A stretch of DNA of 64,000 nucleotides from assembly GCA_035301805.1 (NCBI GenBank), contig DATGTQ010000079.1:3672-67671 (forward strand), given 5' to 3'. The stretch comes from Tissierellales bacterium. Lineage in GTDB: Bacteria; Bacillota; Clostridia; Tissierellales; DATGTQ01. The notes beneath the pieces were generated by a model. The model had not been told where the DNA came from. It made no database searches and saw only the letters and a program-made list of their open reading frames with translations. A program made the position numbers and the translations under genes. Positions 9,394-19,537 of the stretch are shown here, one piece after another. Within the stretch, counting starts at the first letter, position 1, and each line of letters begins with the position of its first letter.

Positions 9394-10200
9394 TTGGAAA
9401 AAACAACAGTATTGATTGCGGATGACAACAAAGATTTTACCGATATTTTATGCGAATACTTATCCATGCATGAAGATTTTAAAGTAATCGGGGTAGTAAA
9501 AGATGGGCTGGAAGCATTAGAAGAAATGCCTAAGGCGGAACCGGACGTTTTAATATTAGATATTATAATGCCTCATTTAGATGGTTTAGAAGTATTAGAA
9601 AGGCTAAATAGCATGGTGATTAAAAAATATCCTAAAGTAATTGTATTGTCTGCAGTAGGACAAGATAAAATAACTCAAAAAGCTATTAAATTGGGAGCAG
9701 ATTACTATGTAGTTAAACCATTTGATTTTGATATTTTTATAAAAAGGCTAAGGGAAATAGCAGGTAATGCCAAAGAAGAACCAATAAAACGAAATTATAT
9801 TAATATTCCTAAAAAATCCATAAATAATGGTGAAAATCAAGTAAGTGTTGAGGCAAAAATAACTAATATTATACATGAAATAGGAGTTCCTGCCCATATT
9901 AAAGGATATCAGTATTTAAGAGAAGCAATATCTCTGGTTATAGACGATGTTGAACTATTAGGAGCTGTTACTAAAGAACTATATCCAAATATTGCAAAGA
10001 AATATGGTACTACTCCAAGTAGGGTTGAAAGAGCTATAAGACATGCAATAGAAGTTGCTTGGAGCAGAGGTAAAATAGATACTATAAATAATATCTTTGG
10101 ATATACTGTTCATACAGATAAAGGTAAGCCTACTAATAGCGAGTTTATAGCCATGGTGGCAGACAAACTCAGATTAGAACAGGAAATATTACAGTACTGA
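9394..10200 (+). CDS. spo0A: Sporulation master response regulator Spo0A
   Basis: 268 aa. Receiver domain (VLIADDN...[14 protein letters not shown]) and the Spo0A-specific C-terminal DNA-binding domain ([35 protein letters not shown]). TTG start with SD AGGGGGT. Confidence 0.94.
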   Translation: MEKTTVLIADDNKDFTDILCEYLSMHEDFKVIGVVKDGLEALEEMPKAEPDVLILDIIMPHLDGLEVLERLNSMVIKKYPKVIVLSAVGQDKITQKAIKLGADYYVVKPFDFDIFIKRLREIAGNAKEEPIKRNYINIPKKSINNGENQVSVEAKITNIIHEIGVPAHIKGYQYLREAISLVIDDVELLGAVTKELYPNIAKKYGTTPSRVERAIRHAIEVAWSRGKIDTINNIFGYTVHTDKGKPTNSEFIAMVADKLRLEQEILQY

Positions 10201-10215
10201 TTTAGTAGCATCAGG

Positions 10216-10249
10216 ACCTCGTAAGTAGTTCTTACTTATGAGGTTTTCT
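10216..10249 (+). terminator. Intrinsic terminator after spo0A
   Basis: 12-bp stem 10216-10227 / 10233-10244 with one G-U pair, followed by TTT. Confidence 0.7.
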
Positions 10250-10375
10250 ATATTTAATTCCTAATCTTTAATTTAACATGAACAAATATTATGCTATAAT
10301 AAACTAGGGAGATTATAATAATTATTTAATGCTATAAAAGATGAATTGTATAACTAGAAAAATCGGAGGAATATT

Positions 10376-11497
10376 ATGTTCATTAAAGGTGTTGTAAAAA
10401 AAGATAAGGTAACTAAAAATTTAACAAAGCGATTGAAACTTGGTGATATTGCATTAATAGCCCATAAGGATTTAGACGAAATTGCAGCCACCTCCCTTGT
10501 AGAAAAAAAAGTAAAGGCAATAATTAATACTGAGCCAACTATTAGTGGAAAATACCCAAATCAAGGACCTATAATCCTTTTAGAATCAGGTATTCCTATT
10601 TATGAAGTATCTGATAGTGAGATTTTTCACCATATAGAAGAAGGGGAAGTAATAGAAATTGAAAATGGGAAAATGTTTTGTGGTGACGAAGTATTAGGAA
10701 GTTGTCAACTATTAGATAAAGAAAAAATTGAAAACTTACTTAATAAGGGCTACGAAAACTTAGAAAGAGAATTAGATAAATTTATAGAAAATACCCTTGA
10801 ATATGCAAAAAAGGAGAAAGGTCTTGTTACAGGAAAGGTTGATGTGCCAAATATAAAGACTAAAATAAAAGGTAAACATGTTTTAGTCGTTGTAAGAGGG
10901 AAGGGATTCAAGAGAGATTTAGCTGCAATTCAATCTTATATAAGCGAAGTTGATCCTATAATGATAGGGGTAGATGGTGGAGGGGATGCCTTATTGGAAA
11001 TTGGATATACTCCTGATATAGTTATTGGTGATATGGATAGTGTTAGTGATAAGTGTTTAAAAGCTACAAAGGAAATAGTTGTCCACGCTTATCCAAATGG
11101 GGAAGCTCCCGGTCTTGATAGGGTGAAAAGCCTAGGAATTGAACCAGTAGTATTTCCAGCACCAGGAACTAGTGAAGATATTGCATTACTTCTTGCCTTT
11201 TCTAATAATGCAGATTTAATTGTTGCTGTAGGTACTCATAGTAATATGATTGATTTTCTAGAAAAAGGCAGAAAAGGAATGGCAAGCACATTTTTGGTTA
11301 GATTGAAAGTAGGCTCTAAATTAATTGATGCAAAAGGTGTAAATCAACTTTATAAAGCACATTTTAAATTAAAATATGTATTAGGATTATGTTTAGCGGC
11401 TTTAATTCCTATTTTGGTTATAACTTTAATGTATCCACCTATGCAGGAGTTTTTGAAGTTAATAAAAATTAGATTAAGAATAATGTTTGGGTTATAA
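10376..11497 (+). CDS. steA: Putative cytokinetic ring protein SteA (thiamine-pyrophosphokinase-like domain)
   Basis: 373 aa. N-terminus MFIKGVVKKDKVTKNLTKRLKLGDIALIAHKDLD, central GVDGGGDALLE...VIGDMDSV motif and a C-terminal TM helix, the architecture of the SteA family. Confidence 0.7.
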   Translation: MFIKGVVKKDKVTKNLTKRLKLGDIALIAHKDLDEIAATSLVEKKVKAIINTEPTISGKYPNQGPIILLESGIPIYEVSDSEIFHHIEEGEVIEIENGKMFCGDEVLGSCQLLDKEKIENLLNKGYENLERELDKFIENTLEYAKKEKGLVTGKVDVPNIKTKIKGKHVLVVVRGKGFKRDLAAIQSYISEVDPIMIGVDGGGDALLEIGYTPDIVIGDMDSVSDKCLKATKEIVVHAYPNGEAPGLDRVKSLGIEPVVFPAPGTSEDIALLLAFSNNADLIVAVGTHSNMIDFLEKGRKGMASTFLVRLKVGSKLIDAKGVNQLYKAHFKLKYVLGLCLAALIPILVITLMYPPMQEFLKLIKIRLRIMFGL

Positions 11498-11508
11498 GGA
11501 GTGATATT

Positions 11509-12393
11509 TTGAGTCCGAATATAAAATATTATGTAGTTACTATTGCAGCAATTTTTTTAGCTCTAGGAATAGGTATATATATAGGTTTTACTTTAGATGC
11601 TCATAATTTATTAATTGAGCAAAAAGATGATATTGTTACAAAAATAGAAGAAAAGTTCGATTATTTAAACGATGAAAATAAAGATTTAAAAGAAGAAGTT
11701 AGTGAGTTAGAAAAGGAGAACAACAAATATAATGATTATATAGAGACTATTTATTCATCTGTAATTAAAGATAGGTTAAAGAATATTAATGTAGCCATTG
11801 TAGAAACAAATGATGATTATGTATACTCTGGTATAGGTAAAACTTTAGAATTAGCTGGAGCAAATGTAGCTAGTATAACCACAATTAAAGATAGGTATTT
11901 AAGCGAGGAACTATTAGAAAAGATTAACAATTCTTTACCAGAGAGTGAAAGTATTAAAGATAATTTAATTGAAGGTGGAGTAATTAATTTAACAGAAGGA
12001 ATTATTAAAGGGGAAAAGAATGAATTGATGCAAAAGCTTAGAGAAAATGATGCTGTAAATTTTGTTGGAAATTATGATATACCTATAGATTTTGTAATTA
12101 TTGCTGGTGGAACGGAAAGTAAGGAGTCAAACAATATCTCCCAGATTGATAAAAATATTATAGAAGTAGCAAAAGGACTAGAGGTTCCTATTATTGGAAT
12201 AGAAAAGGAAAAGGTAAATTATTCTTATACTGAAGGATACAAAGATTACCGTATATCTACAGTTGATAATGTAGATAGCACAATTGGTAAGACTGCATTA
12301 ATATTATCTATGGAAGGCAGACCTGGAAATTATGGAGTAAAGCCTGGTGCTGAAGAATTATTACCTAATTTAGACAGTAATATTTCAGAATAG
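11509..12393 (+). CDS. MctB-like 'copper transporter' family membrane-anchored protein (DUF3186)
   Basis: 294 aa. N-terminal TM helix, a coiled-coil segment, then a globular domain. It is the conserved neighbour of steA. TTG start. Confidence 0.55.
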   Translation: MSPNIKYYVVTIAAIFLALGIGIYIGFTLDAHNLLIEQKDDIVTKIEEKFDYLNDENKDLKEEVSELEKENNKYNDYIETIYSSVIKDRLKNINVAIVETNDDYVYSGIGKTLELAGANVASITTIKDRYLSEELLEKINNSLPESESIKDNLIEGGVINLTEGIIKGEKNELMQKLRENDAVNFVGNYDIPIDFVIIAGGTESKESNNISQIDKNIIEVAKGLEVPIIGIEKEKVNYSYTEGYKDYRISTVDNVDSTIGKTALILSMEGRPGNYGVKPGAEELLPNLDSNISE

Positions 12394-12410
12394 GACAAGG
12401 AGAGAAAGTT

Positions 12411-13091
12411 ATGGAAAGAAAAGATAAAATTGTTGCGGTAGTACCGGTTTATAATGAAGAAAATAAAATTAGTGATACAATTGAAGGGCTAAAGTTAATA
12501 AATGCCATTGATAATATTATTGTAGTAGATGATGGATCTACAGACAAGACTTATAATATTATTAAACAATTAGGGGTAAACATTATAAAATTAGAGAAAA
12601 ACTCAGGTAAAGGTTATGCTATAAAATCAGCTATTAAAAATCTAGAATATGAATATTTAGCCTTAGTTGATGGAGATTTGGGGAAAAGCAGTTATGAAAT
12701 AGAAAAACTTATTGATCCAGTTGTTAATGGTGAAGTTGATGTAACTATTGCAAAGTTCCCACCTGCTAAAAAGAAAGGGGGATTTGGTTTTGTAAAAAAA
12801 CTTGCAAAAAATGGTATTAAATATTATACTGGAACTGAGATCAATTCAGGTTTATCTGGGCAGAGAGTTTATAAAAGAGAGGTAATAGAGGATATAAACA
12901 ATATACCTGATACTTTTGGTATAGAAGTAGCTATGACAGTAGAAACATTGAGAAAAGGGTATAGTATTAAAGAGGTAGATGTAAATATGACCCATGATGA
13001 AACTGAAAGAGATATTAAAGGATTTTATCATAGAGGCAAGCAATTTTTAAACATACTTTGGACTTTAATAAAGTTAGGGATTAGAAGGTGA
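12411..13091 (+). CDS. Glycosyltransferase family 2
   Basis: 226 aa. VAVVPVYNEE...VVDDGSTDKT and the DGD motif (LVDGDL) of GT-A fold GT2 enzymes. Confidence 0.75.
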   Translation: MERKDKIVAVVPVYNEENKISDTIEGLKLINAIDNIIVVDDGSTDKTYNIIKQLGVNIIKLEKNSGKGYAIKSAIKNLEYEYLALVDGDLGKSSYEIEKLIDPVVNGEVDVTIAKFPPAKKKGGFGFVKKLAKNGIKYYTGTEINSGLSGQRVYKREVIEDINNIPDTFGIEVAMTVETLRKGYSIKEVDVNMTHDETERDIKGFYHRGKQFLNILWTLIKLGIRR

Positions 13092-13095
13092 ATAT

Positions 13096-13920
13096 ATGGA
13101 ACTATTAAAAATAAATATAGGAAGTTATTTAATAAGTCTTATATTATCTACTATAGCTATGCCTTTTTTCTTAAATATGCTTATAGATAGTAATTGTGCT
13201 GCTTTAAATTATAAAAAGGAAGAGATACCTATAAGTTTAGGTATACTATTTATTATTGTTCAAACTATGACCGTGAGTCTTTTTTCTATAATTAAGGAAC
13301 ATCATGTAAGCGTTATTATGGCCTATTTAGTTGGGTTTATATTGATAGGTTTTGTTGGAATATTTGATGATATAGTTGGAGATACAACGATTAAAGGATT
13401 TAAAGGACATATTTCTGCCTTTTTTAAAGGGAGACTTACTACGGGAGGACTTAAGGCTGGAGTAGGCTTTTTAGCTGCATTAATATTTTCTGCCCTAGTC
13501 TCTCATAATGTTCTAGATTTATTAGTAAATATATTATTAATAGCATTATTTATAAACTTTATTAATCTCTTTGATTTAAGACCTGGAAGAGCTTCAAAAG
13601 TTTTTATACTTCTATCTATTATTTTATTTGGGACTAATGATAAAACACATTATTTTGATTTTATTATTTTTTCTTTTTATGGTATTTTAACGAGATACTT
13701 ACCTGTAGATATAAAAGCTAAAGCTATGATGGGCGATGTAGGTTCTAATAGTTTAGGTTTGACTTTAGGCATATATTGTGTCCTAAGCCATGGTTTAAAG
13801 ATAAAAATTATATATTTAATTGTTTTAATAATGCTGCAAATTCTTGCTGAAAAAATATCCTTTTCTGAAGTAATAGAAAATAATAAGATACTAAAATATA
13901 TTGATAATATTGGTAGATAG
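13096..13920 (+). CDS. MraY/WecA-like polyprenyl-phosphate sugar-phosphate transferase (GT4 family), short form
   Basis: 274 aa and highly hydrophobic. Contains the motifs FDDIVGD and NLFDLRPGRA typical of the family. Confidence 0.55.
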   Translation: MELLKINIGSYLISLILSTIAMPFFLNMLIDSNCAALNYKKEEIPISLGILFIIVQTMTVSLFSIIKEHHVSVIMAYLVGFILIGFVGIFDDIVGDTTIKGFKGHISAFFKGRLTTGGLKAGVGFLAALIFSALVSHNVLDLLVNILLIALFINFINLFDLRPGRASKVFILLSIILFGTNDKTHYFDFIIFSFYGILTRYLPVDIKAKAMMGDVGSNSLGLTLGIYCVLSHGLKIKIIYLIVLIMLQILAEKISFSEVIENNKILKYIDNIGR

Positions 13921-13932
13921 GAGGTAATTTCA

Positions 13933-15018
13933 CTGATAAGTTATAAGAAAGGAATTGTAATTGAAGTTATAGAAAAAAATGATGTAGATTGGATAAAATT
14001 AGAGATTGATGATAATATAGAAAAAGCTGTTAATTATAGAAAGTTGACAGGAAAAATAAAAGTTGGTGATATAGTTATAGTAAATACAACTGCTGTAGAG
14101 CTTTCCTTAGGTACTGGCGGATATCATTATGTTATTTATAATTATTGTAATGAGAGCAAGAAAGCAGAGGGTAAAGGTCATATTATGAAATTAAGATATA
14201 CGCCATTACAAATTAAATGTTTAACATCCGAAGAAGAAGATAGTCCTTATCATGAAGAATTTTTAAACTTTAAAAATTTAGAAGGCTCAATATTTATAGT
14301 AGGTACCTTACATAGTATGCTTGCACCTATTGCTTGTATGATTAAGTGGCTGGATCCAACAATTAATCTAAATTATATTATGACCGATGCAGGAGCATTA
14401 CCAATAAGTTTTAGTCGTACAGTGGAAGAATTAAAGGAAAAAAGAATAATTAATAAAACTATAACTATTGGTCATGCTTTTGGTGGTGATCTAGAGTGTA
14501 CAAATATTTACAATGGATTAATTGCAGCAAAAGAAATTTTAAATAGTGATGTAACCATTATTACTATGGGGCCAGGAATAGTAGGTACAGGTACAAAGTA
14601 TGGATTTAGTGGAATAGAACAAGGTTCTATAATTGACAGTATTAATACATTGGGAGGTTTACCAATGGCTGTACCTAGAATAAGTTTTGGTGATAAAAGA
14701 AAGAGACATAGGGGTATTAGTCACCATACCATTACAGTATTAAGTGAGGTTTGTAAAACATCAGCTAATGTTATTTTCCCAATTATTGAAGAGGATAAAT
14801 TAAATATATTAAAAAGACAAATTACTGAAAATAATATTAATAAGAAACATAATTTAACCTATGAAAAAGGTGAAAATATTGAAAAGGCTTTAAAAACCTA
14901 TAATATGAAAGTAACAACTATGGGTAGAGGCTTCCATGATGACAAGGAATATTTTTTAACTTTAGGTGCTGTTGGTCAAAAAGCAGTTCAAATTTTAAAT
15001 GAAGGGAATGAACGTTGA
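13933..15018 (+). CDS. DUF3866 family protein, likely non-canonical CTG start
   Basis: The ORF-track start is TTG 14044, but the frame is open from 13921 and encodes a domain-like N-terminus (ISYKKGIVIEVIEKNDVDWIKLEIDDNIEKAVNYRKL). SD AGGAGGT (13919-13925) lies 7 nt before CTG 13933. No in-frame ATG/GTG/TTG occurs before 14044. Confidence 0.55.
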   Translation: MISYKKGIVIEVIEKNDVDWIKLEIDDNIEKAVNYRKLTGKIKVGDIVIVNTTAVELSLGTGGYHYVIYNYCNESKKAEGKGHIMKLRYTPLQIKCLTSEEEDSPYHEEFLNFKNLEGSIFIVGTLHSMLAPIACMIKWLDPTINLNYIMTDAGALPISFSRTVEELKEKRIINKTITIGHAFGGDLECTNIYNGLIAAKEILNSDVTIITMGPGIVGTGTKYGFSGIEQGSIIDSINTLGGLPMAVPRISFGDKRKRHRGISHHTITVLSEVCKTSANVIFPIIEEDKLNILKRQITENNINKKHNLTYEKGENIEKALKTYNMKVTTMGRGFHDDKEYFLTLGAVGQKAVQILNEGNER

Positions 15019-15559
15019 GATGGATTTTGAAGAAAAAACTATGAAGACAGAAAATGTATATAAGGGTAAAATGTTAAACTTAAGAATAGATACTGTAGAA
15101 CTACCAGATAAAAAATATTCTAAAAGAGAAATAGTGGAGCACCCTGGTTCAGTAGCTATAGTTCCTATAACAGAAGACAATGAAATTATTTTAGTAAGAC
15201 AATATAGGAAAGCAGTAGAAAGCAACTTATTGGAGATTCCAGCTGGAAAGTTAGAAGTTAATGAAGAACCAAAAGAGACAGCTATAAGGGAGTTAAAAGA
15301 GGAAACAGGAATTAAAGCTAAAAAATTAGAATATATAACTGAGTTTTATACATCACCTGGCTTTTCTAATGAGAAAATGTATTTGTTTTTAGCTATGGAT
15401 TTATCTATGGATGTATTAGAACCTGCTGATGATGAGTATATAGAAATAACTAAAGTAAAAATAGATAAGTTAGCCAATATGATTAAAAAAGGAGAAATCT
15501 TAGACAGTAAAACAATGATAGGTATATATATGGCTATGGAGCATCTTGAAAGTAAATAA
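14999..15559 (+). CDS. nudF: ADP-ribose pyrophosphatase (NUDIX hydrolase)
   Basis: Nudix box GKLEVNEEPKETAIRELKEETG. Alternative start ATG 15020, just after the upstream stop at 15016-15018. Confidence 0.8.
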   Translation: MKGMNVEMDFEEKTMKTENVYKGKMLNLRIDTVELPDKKYSKREIVEHPGSVAIVPITEDNEIILVRQYRKAVESNLLEIPAGKLEVNEEPKETAIRELKEETGIKAKKLEYITEFYTSPGFSNEKMYLFLAMDLSMDVLEPADDEYIEITKVKIDKLANMIKKGEILDSKTMIGIYMAMEHLESK

Positions 15560-15641
15560 AATTACTTAGTGATATTATTCTCTTTTCAAGCATAAGATTT
15601 TCATATAGAGCTTGTATATTATGTGAAGGGAGGATAAATTT

Positions 15642-16277
15642 TTGCAATACAAAATTAAAAATTTATTTCGAAGGAACTTTCAAGATAATTTTATAATTTA
15701 TTTTACTATAATAGTATTTCTGATTGCAGGAATAGTAATTGGTTCAATAACTATTAAAGTGTTAAATGCAGAACAAAAAAGTGAAATATTAAACTTTTTT
15801 AATTCTTTTTTTAAGAGTTTAGATAATAAAGATTATAATAATTTGCAAATTCTAAAACAATCAGTTTTAGATAATTTTAAAACCATTTTTGTAATATGGA
15901 TAACTGGAATCCTTATCATAGGTATACCTATTATACCTATGATAGTATTGTTAAGAGGGTTTGCTTTGGGTTTTACAGTTGGTTTTTTAGTAAATGAATT
16001 TGGGATAAAGGGTTTTCTTTTCTCCTTACTTGCAATATTACCACAAAATATATTCATAATACCTGGTATTATATTTGTTTCATCTACAGGCTTAATACTT
16101 TCTTTAAAACAAATAAGAGGTGGTAAAACTAGAAGGAATAAAGAAAATACTTTTCAAGACATTATAAATTATTCAATTACAATTTTAACTTTTTCTATTG
16201 TAGTATTTTTAGGTAGTTTAGTTGAGGCTTATATTACACCTATATTTATAAAATTACTTACTGATTATTTTTCCTAA
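15642..16277 (+). CDS. spoIIM: Stage II sporulation protein M
   Basis: 211 aa with 5-6 TM segments in the SpoIIM-type layout. TTG start with SD GGGAGG. Confidence 0.75.
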   Translation: MQYKIKNLFRRNFQDNFIIYFTIIVFLIAGIVIGSITIKVLNAEQKSEILNFFNSFFKSLDNKDYNNLQILKQSVLDNFKTIFVIWITGILIIGIPIIPMIVLLRGFALGFTVGFLVNEFGIKGFLFSLLAILPQNIFIIPGIIFVSSTGLILSLKQIRGGKTRRNKENTFQDIINYSITILTFSIVVFLGSLVEAYITPIFIKLLTDYFS

Positions 16278-16365
16278 AATCAGATTTGTTTAAAAGTTTT
16301 TTAAAAAGTATATCAAAGTATATTAATATATAAAAGTAGTAGAAAGTTATAAAGGGGCCGTTTGT

Positions 16366-17232
16366 ATGGAAGAATTAATAGAAGCTTATATTTTATATCT
16401 TAAGGAAACTAAGGGATTAGCAGATAATACTTTAGAGGCCTATAAAAGGGATATATTTCAATTTAAAGAATACTTAGATAGTAATCATTCAGTTAAATTA
16501 ATAGAAGTGAATAAAACTCAAATTATAACATACTTAATGTTTTTACAAAAAGAAAATAAAGCTATTTCTACAGTTAGTCGAATTATATCATCTTTAAGAT
16601 GTTTTTACCAGTATCTATTATATAAAAAAATTATTAAAGAGGACCCAACTTTTAATTTACAAGCACCTCAACAGGAGAAGAAACATCCTGATATTTTAAC
16701 TACCGAGGAAGTTGAACTATTTTTATCAATGCCAAAGGGAGAGGATTTTAAAAGTATAAGGGACAAGGCTATGTTAGAATTATTATATGGAACAGGGGTA
16801 AGAGTATCTGAACTTATTTCACTGGATGCAGATGATGTGAACTTAGATATAGGTTACATAGTTATTAGAGAATCTGAACTTAAAGAAAGGGCAGTTCCAA
16901 TAGGGAAAGCTTCTCTTAGTTCTTTAAAACCATATATAAATAATTATAGAGAAAAGGTTTTAAAAAATGAAAATGAAAATGCTTTATTTTTAAATTATCG
17001 GGGCAAAAGGTTAACAAGACAAGGTTTTTGGAAAATTGTAAAGTTTTATACCAAAAAGTCTAATATTAATAAAAACATAACTCCCCAAAAATTGAGGCAT
17101 TCCTTTGCTGTCCATTTATTACAAAATGGAGCAAATGTAAAAGCTGTTCAGGAAATATTGGGACATTCAAATGTTTCAACAACTAATTATTATTTCACTA
17201 CGGTGGATAATATAAATTTAAAGGATACTTAG
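16366..17232 (+). CDS. xerD: Site-specific tyrosine recombinase XerD
   Basis: 288 aa. N-terminal SAM-like core-binding domain, catalytic residues in GVRVSEL, LRHSFAVHLLQNGANVKAVQEILGHSNVSTTNYY. Confidence 0.85.
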   Translation: MEELIEAYILYLKETKGLADNTLEAYKRDIFQFKEYLDSNHSVKLIEVNKTQIITYLMFLQKENKAISTVSRIISSLRCFYQYLLYKKIIKEDPTFNLQAPQQEKKHPDILTTEEVELFLSMPKGEDFKSIRDKAMLELLYGTGVRVSELISLDADDVNLDIGYIVIRESELKERAVPIGKASLSSLKPYINNYREKVLKNENENALFLNYRGKRLTRQGFWKIVKFYTKKSNINKNITPQKLRHSFAVHLLQNGANVKAVQEILGHSNVSTTNYYFTTVDNINLKDT

Positions 17233-17269
17233 AATAAAACTCATCCAAGAACATAGGAGGTATAAAAAT

Positions 17270-18088
17270 ATGACTTTTTTAAAAAAAATCGAAGAAAGCG
17301 CAAAATATATATTAAATAAAAGTGAAGTAAAACCAAGTATAGGTATAGTTTTAGGTTCTGGCTTAGGAACTTTAGCAGATGATATAATAAATCCAGTCAT
17401 TATTGATTATAATGAGATACCTAACTTTCCTGTTTCAACTGTTGAAGGTCATAAGGGACGACTTGTTATTGGAGAACTAAGTGGAAAAAATGTTCTAGCT
17501 ATGCAAGGCAGATTTCATTATTATGAAGGCTATTCAATAGAAGATGTTACTTTCCCTATTAGAGTTATGAAAGGGATAGGGATAGAAAAATTAATAGTTA
17601 CTAATGCAGCTGGAGGTTCTAATAAAAATTTTGAATCTGGCGATTTAATGATAATAAGGGATCATATTAATTTTTCAGGAATCAATCCTTTAATGGGAAA
17701 AAATTATGATGAATTAGGACCACGTTTTTTAGATATGAGTATGGCCTATGATAAAGAGTTAATAGATATAGCTAAAGAAGTTGGTAATAATATAAATTTA
17801 GATTTAAAAGAAGGTGTATATATGTGGTTTTCAGGGCCAACTTATGAGACACCTGCTGAAATAAAAATGGCTACAGTATTAGGGGCTGATGCTGTAGGTA
17901 TGTCTACAGTACCAGAGGTAATAGTGGCAAATCATGGTAGCATGAAAGTTCTAGGTATTTCATGTATAACTAATATGGCTGCAGGTATATTAGATAAAAG
18001 CTTAGATCATAATGAGGTTATAGAAACTTCTAAAAAAGTCAAAGATAAATTTGAACTATTAGTAAAAGAAATTATTAAAAGAATATAA
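17270..18088 (+). CDS. punA: Purine nucleoside phosphorylase (PNP family, PunA type)
   Basis: 272 aa. GSGLG, VEGHKGRLVIGELSGK, QGRFHYYEG and MSTVPEV motifs. Confidence 0.88.
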   Translation: MTFLKKIEESAKYILNKSEVKPSIGIVLGSGLGTLADDIINPVIIDYNEIPNFPVSTVEGHKGRLVIGELSGKNVLAMQGRFHYYEGYSIEDVTFPIRVMKGIGIEKLIVTNAAGGSNKNFESGDLMIIRDHINFSGINPLMGKNYDELGPRFLDMSMAYDKELIDIAKEVGNNINLDLKEGVYMWFSGPTYETPAEIKMATVLGADAVGMSTVPEVIVANHGSMKVLGISCITNMAAGILDKSLDHNEVIETSKKVKDKFELLVKEIIKRI

Positions 18089-18104
18089 TTGAGGTGTTGT
18101 AGCT

Positions 18105-19430
18105 ATGAATATGTACGACATTATTAAGAAAAAAAGGGATGGATTAGAATTAAATGAGGAAGAGATAAAATATTTTGTTGAAGGATATACCCATAATAAA
18201 ATACCTGATTATCAGGTATCAGCCCTGTTAATGGCAATTTATTTTAATAAAATGAATGAAAAAGAAACCTTAGATTTAACTAAGGCCATGATTGATTCAG
18301 GGGATACAGTAGATTTGTCTATGATTGATGGCATAAAGGTTGACAAGCATAGTACAGGTGGTGTAGGTGATAAAACTACTATAGCATTGGCACCGATGGT
18401 TGCTGCTTGTGATGTACCTTTTGTAAAAATGTCTGGTAGGGGTCTTGGTCATACCGGCGGAACTCTAGATAAATTAGAATCTATAAAGAATTTCAAAGTA
18501 GAATTGGCTGAAGAAGAGTTTAGAACAATAGCAAAAGAAAATGGTTTAGCTATCTGTAGTCAAAGTGGAAATATTACGCCAGCAGATAAGAAATTATATG
18601 CTCTTAGGGATGTAACAGCTACAGTGGAAAACATTTCTCTTATTGCAAGTAGTATTATGAGTAAAAAGTTAGCAATTTCACCAGATGCCATTTTATTAGA
18701 TGTGAAAGTTGGTAAAGGTGCTTTTATGAAAGATATAGAAAGTGCTTTATTATTAGCGGAAGAAATGGTCAGTATAGGAGATGGTTTTGGAAAAGAAACT
18801 ATTGCTGTACTTACTAATATGGATGAACCTATAGGTTTTGCTGTAGGTAATGCACTAGAGGTTAAGGAAGCTGTTAATACCTTAAAAGGAAAAGGGCCTT
18901 CAGATTTTCATAAATTATGTATCGAACTTGGAGCTCGATTATTAATACTAGCCCAAAAAACTTCTACTTTAGATGAAGGAAAAAAGATGTTAGAAGAAGT
19001 AATTAGTAATGGTAAGGCCTATGAGAAATTTTTAGAAATGGTTAAGATACAACAAGGAGATATTAGATCTATAGAAAATATGGATTTACTTCCAGAGGCT
19101 CAACATATTATTGAGGTTAAAAGTTCAAAGGATGGTTTTGTAAAATCAATAGATGCGGAAAAGATAGGGCAATTAGCTTTACTATTAGGTGCTGGAAGAG
19201 AAGTTAAGGATAGTGATATTGATCTAGCAGTAGGTATTGAATTGAAGAAAAGAGTAGATGATAAAGTACGTAAAGGAGACGTATTGGCAATTGTCCATAG
19301 TAATAATATGGATAAGGCAAAAGCCGTTGAAAAAGAATTAAAAAAGATAATAGAGATAGGCGAAAAAAATAAAATTGCTAAAAAATTAATATATGGAGAA
19401 GTAACAAGGAAGGGAAAAAGGCTTTATTAA
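18105..19430 (+). CDS. pdp: Pyrimidine-nucleoside (thymidine) phosphorylase
   Basis: 441 aa. IIKKKRDG...EEI N-terminus, DKHSTGGVGDKT and SGRGLGHTGGTLDKLE motifs. Confidence 0.9.
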   Translation: MNMYDIIKKKRDGLELNEEEIKYFVEGYTHNKIPDYQVSALLMAIYFNKMNEKETLDLTKAMIDSGDTVDLSMIDGIKVDKHSTGGVGDKTTIALAPMVAACDVPFVKMSGRGLGHTGGTLDKLESIKNFKVELAEEEFRTIAKENGLAICSQSGNITPADKKLYALRDVTATVENISLIASSIMSKKLAISPDAILLDVKVGKGAFMKDIESALLLAEEMVSIGDGFGKETIAVLTNMDEPIGFAVGNALEVKEAVNTLKGKGPSDFHKLCIELGARLLILAQKTSTLDEGKKMLEEVISNGKAYEKFLEMVKIQQGDIRSIENMDLLPEAQHIIEVKSSKDGFVKSIDAEKIGQLALLLGAGREVKDSDIDLAVGIELKKRVDDKVRKGDVLAIVHSNNMDKAKAVEKELKKIIEIGEKNKIAKKLIYGEVTRKGKRLY

Positions 19431-19442
19431 TAAAGCCTTTTT
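19416..19442 (+). terminator. Intrinsic terminator after pdp
   Basis: AAAAGGCTTTA / TAAAGCCTTTT stem spanning the stop codon, followed by T residues. Confidence 0.75.
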
Positions 19443-19537
19443 AATCTTAATAAAATAACACTTCTATCCTGTTGTTGAATAACTACAATATTTAATGGTT
19501 ATTCTAAATGTAAATAAAAAAGATAGGAGGTTATGTA

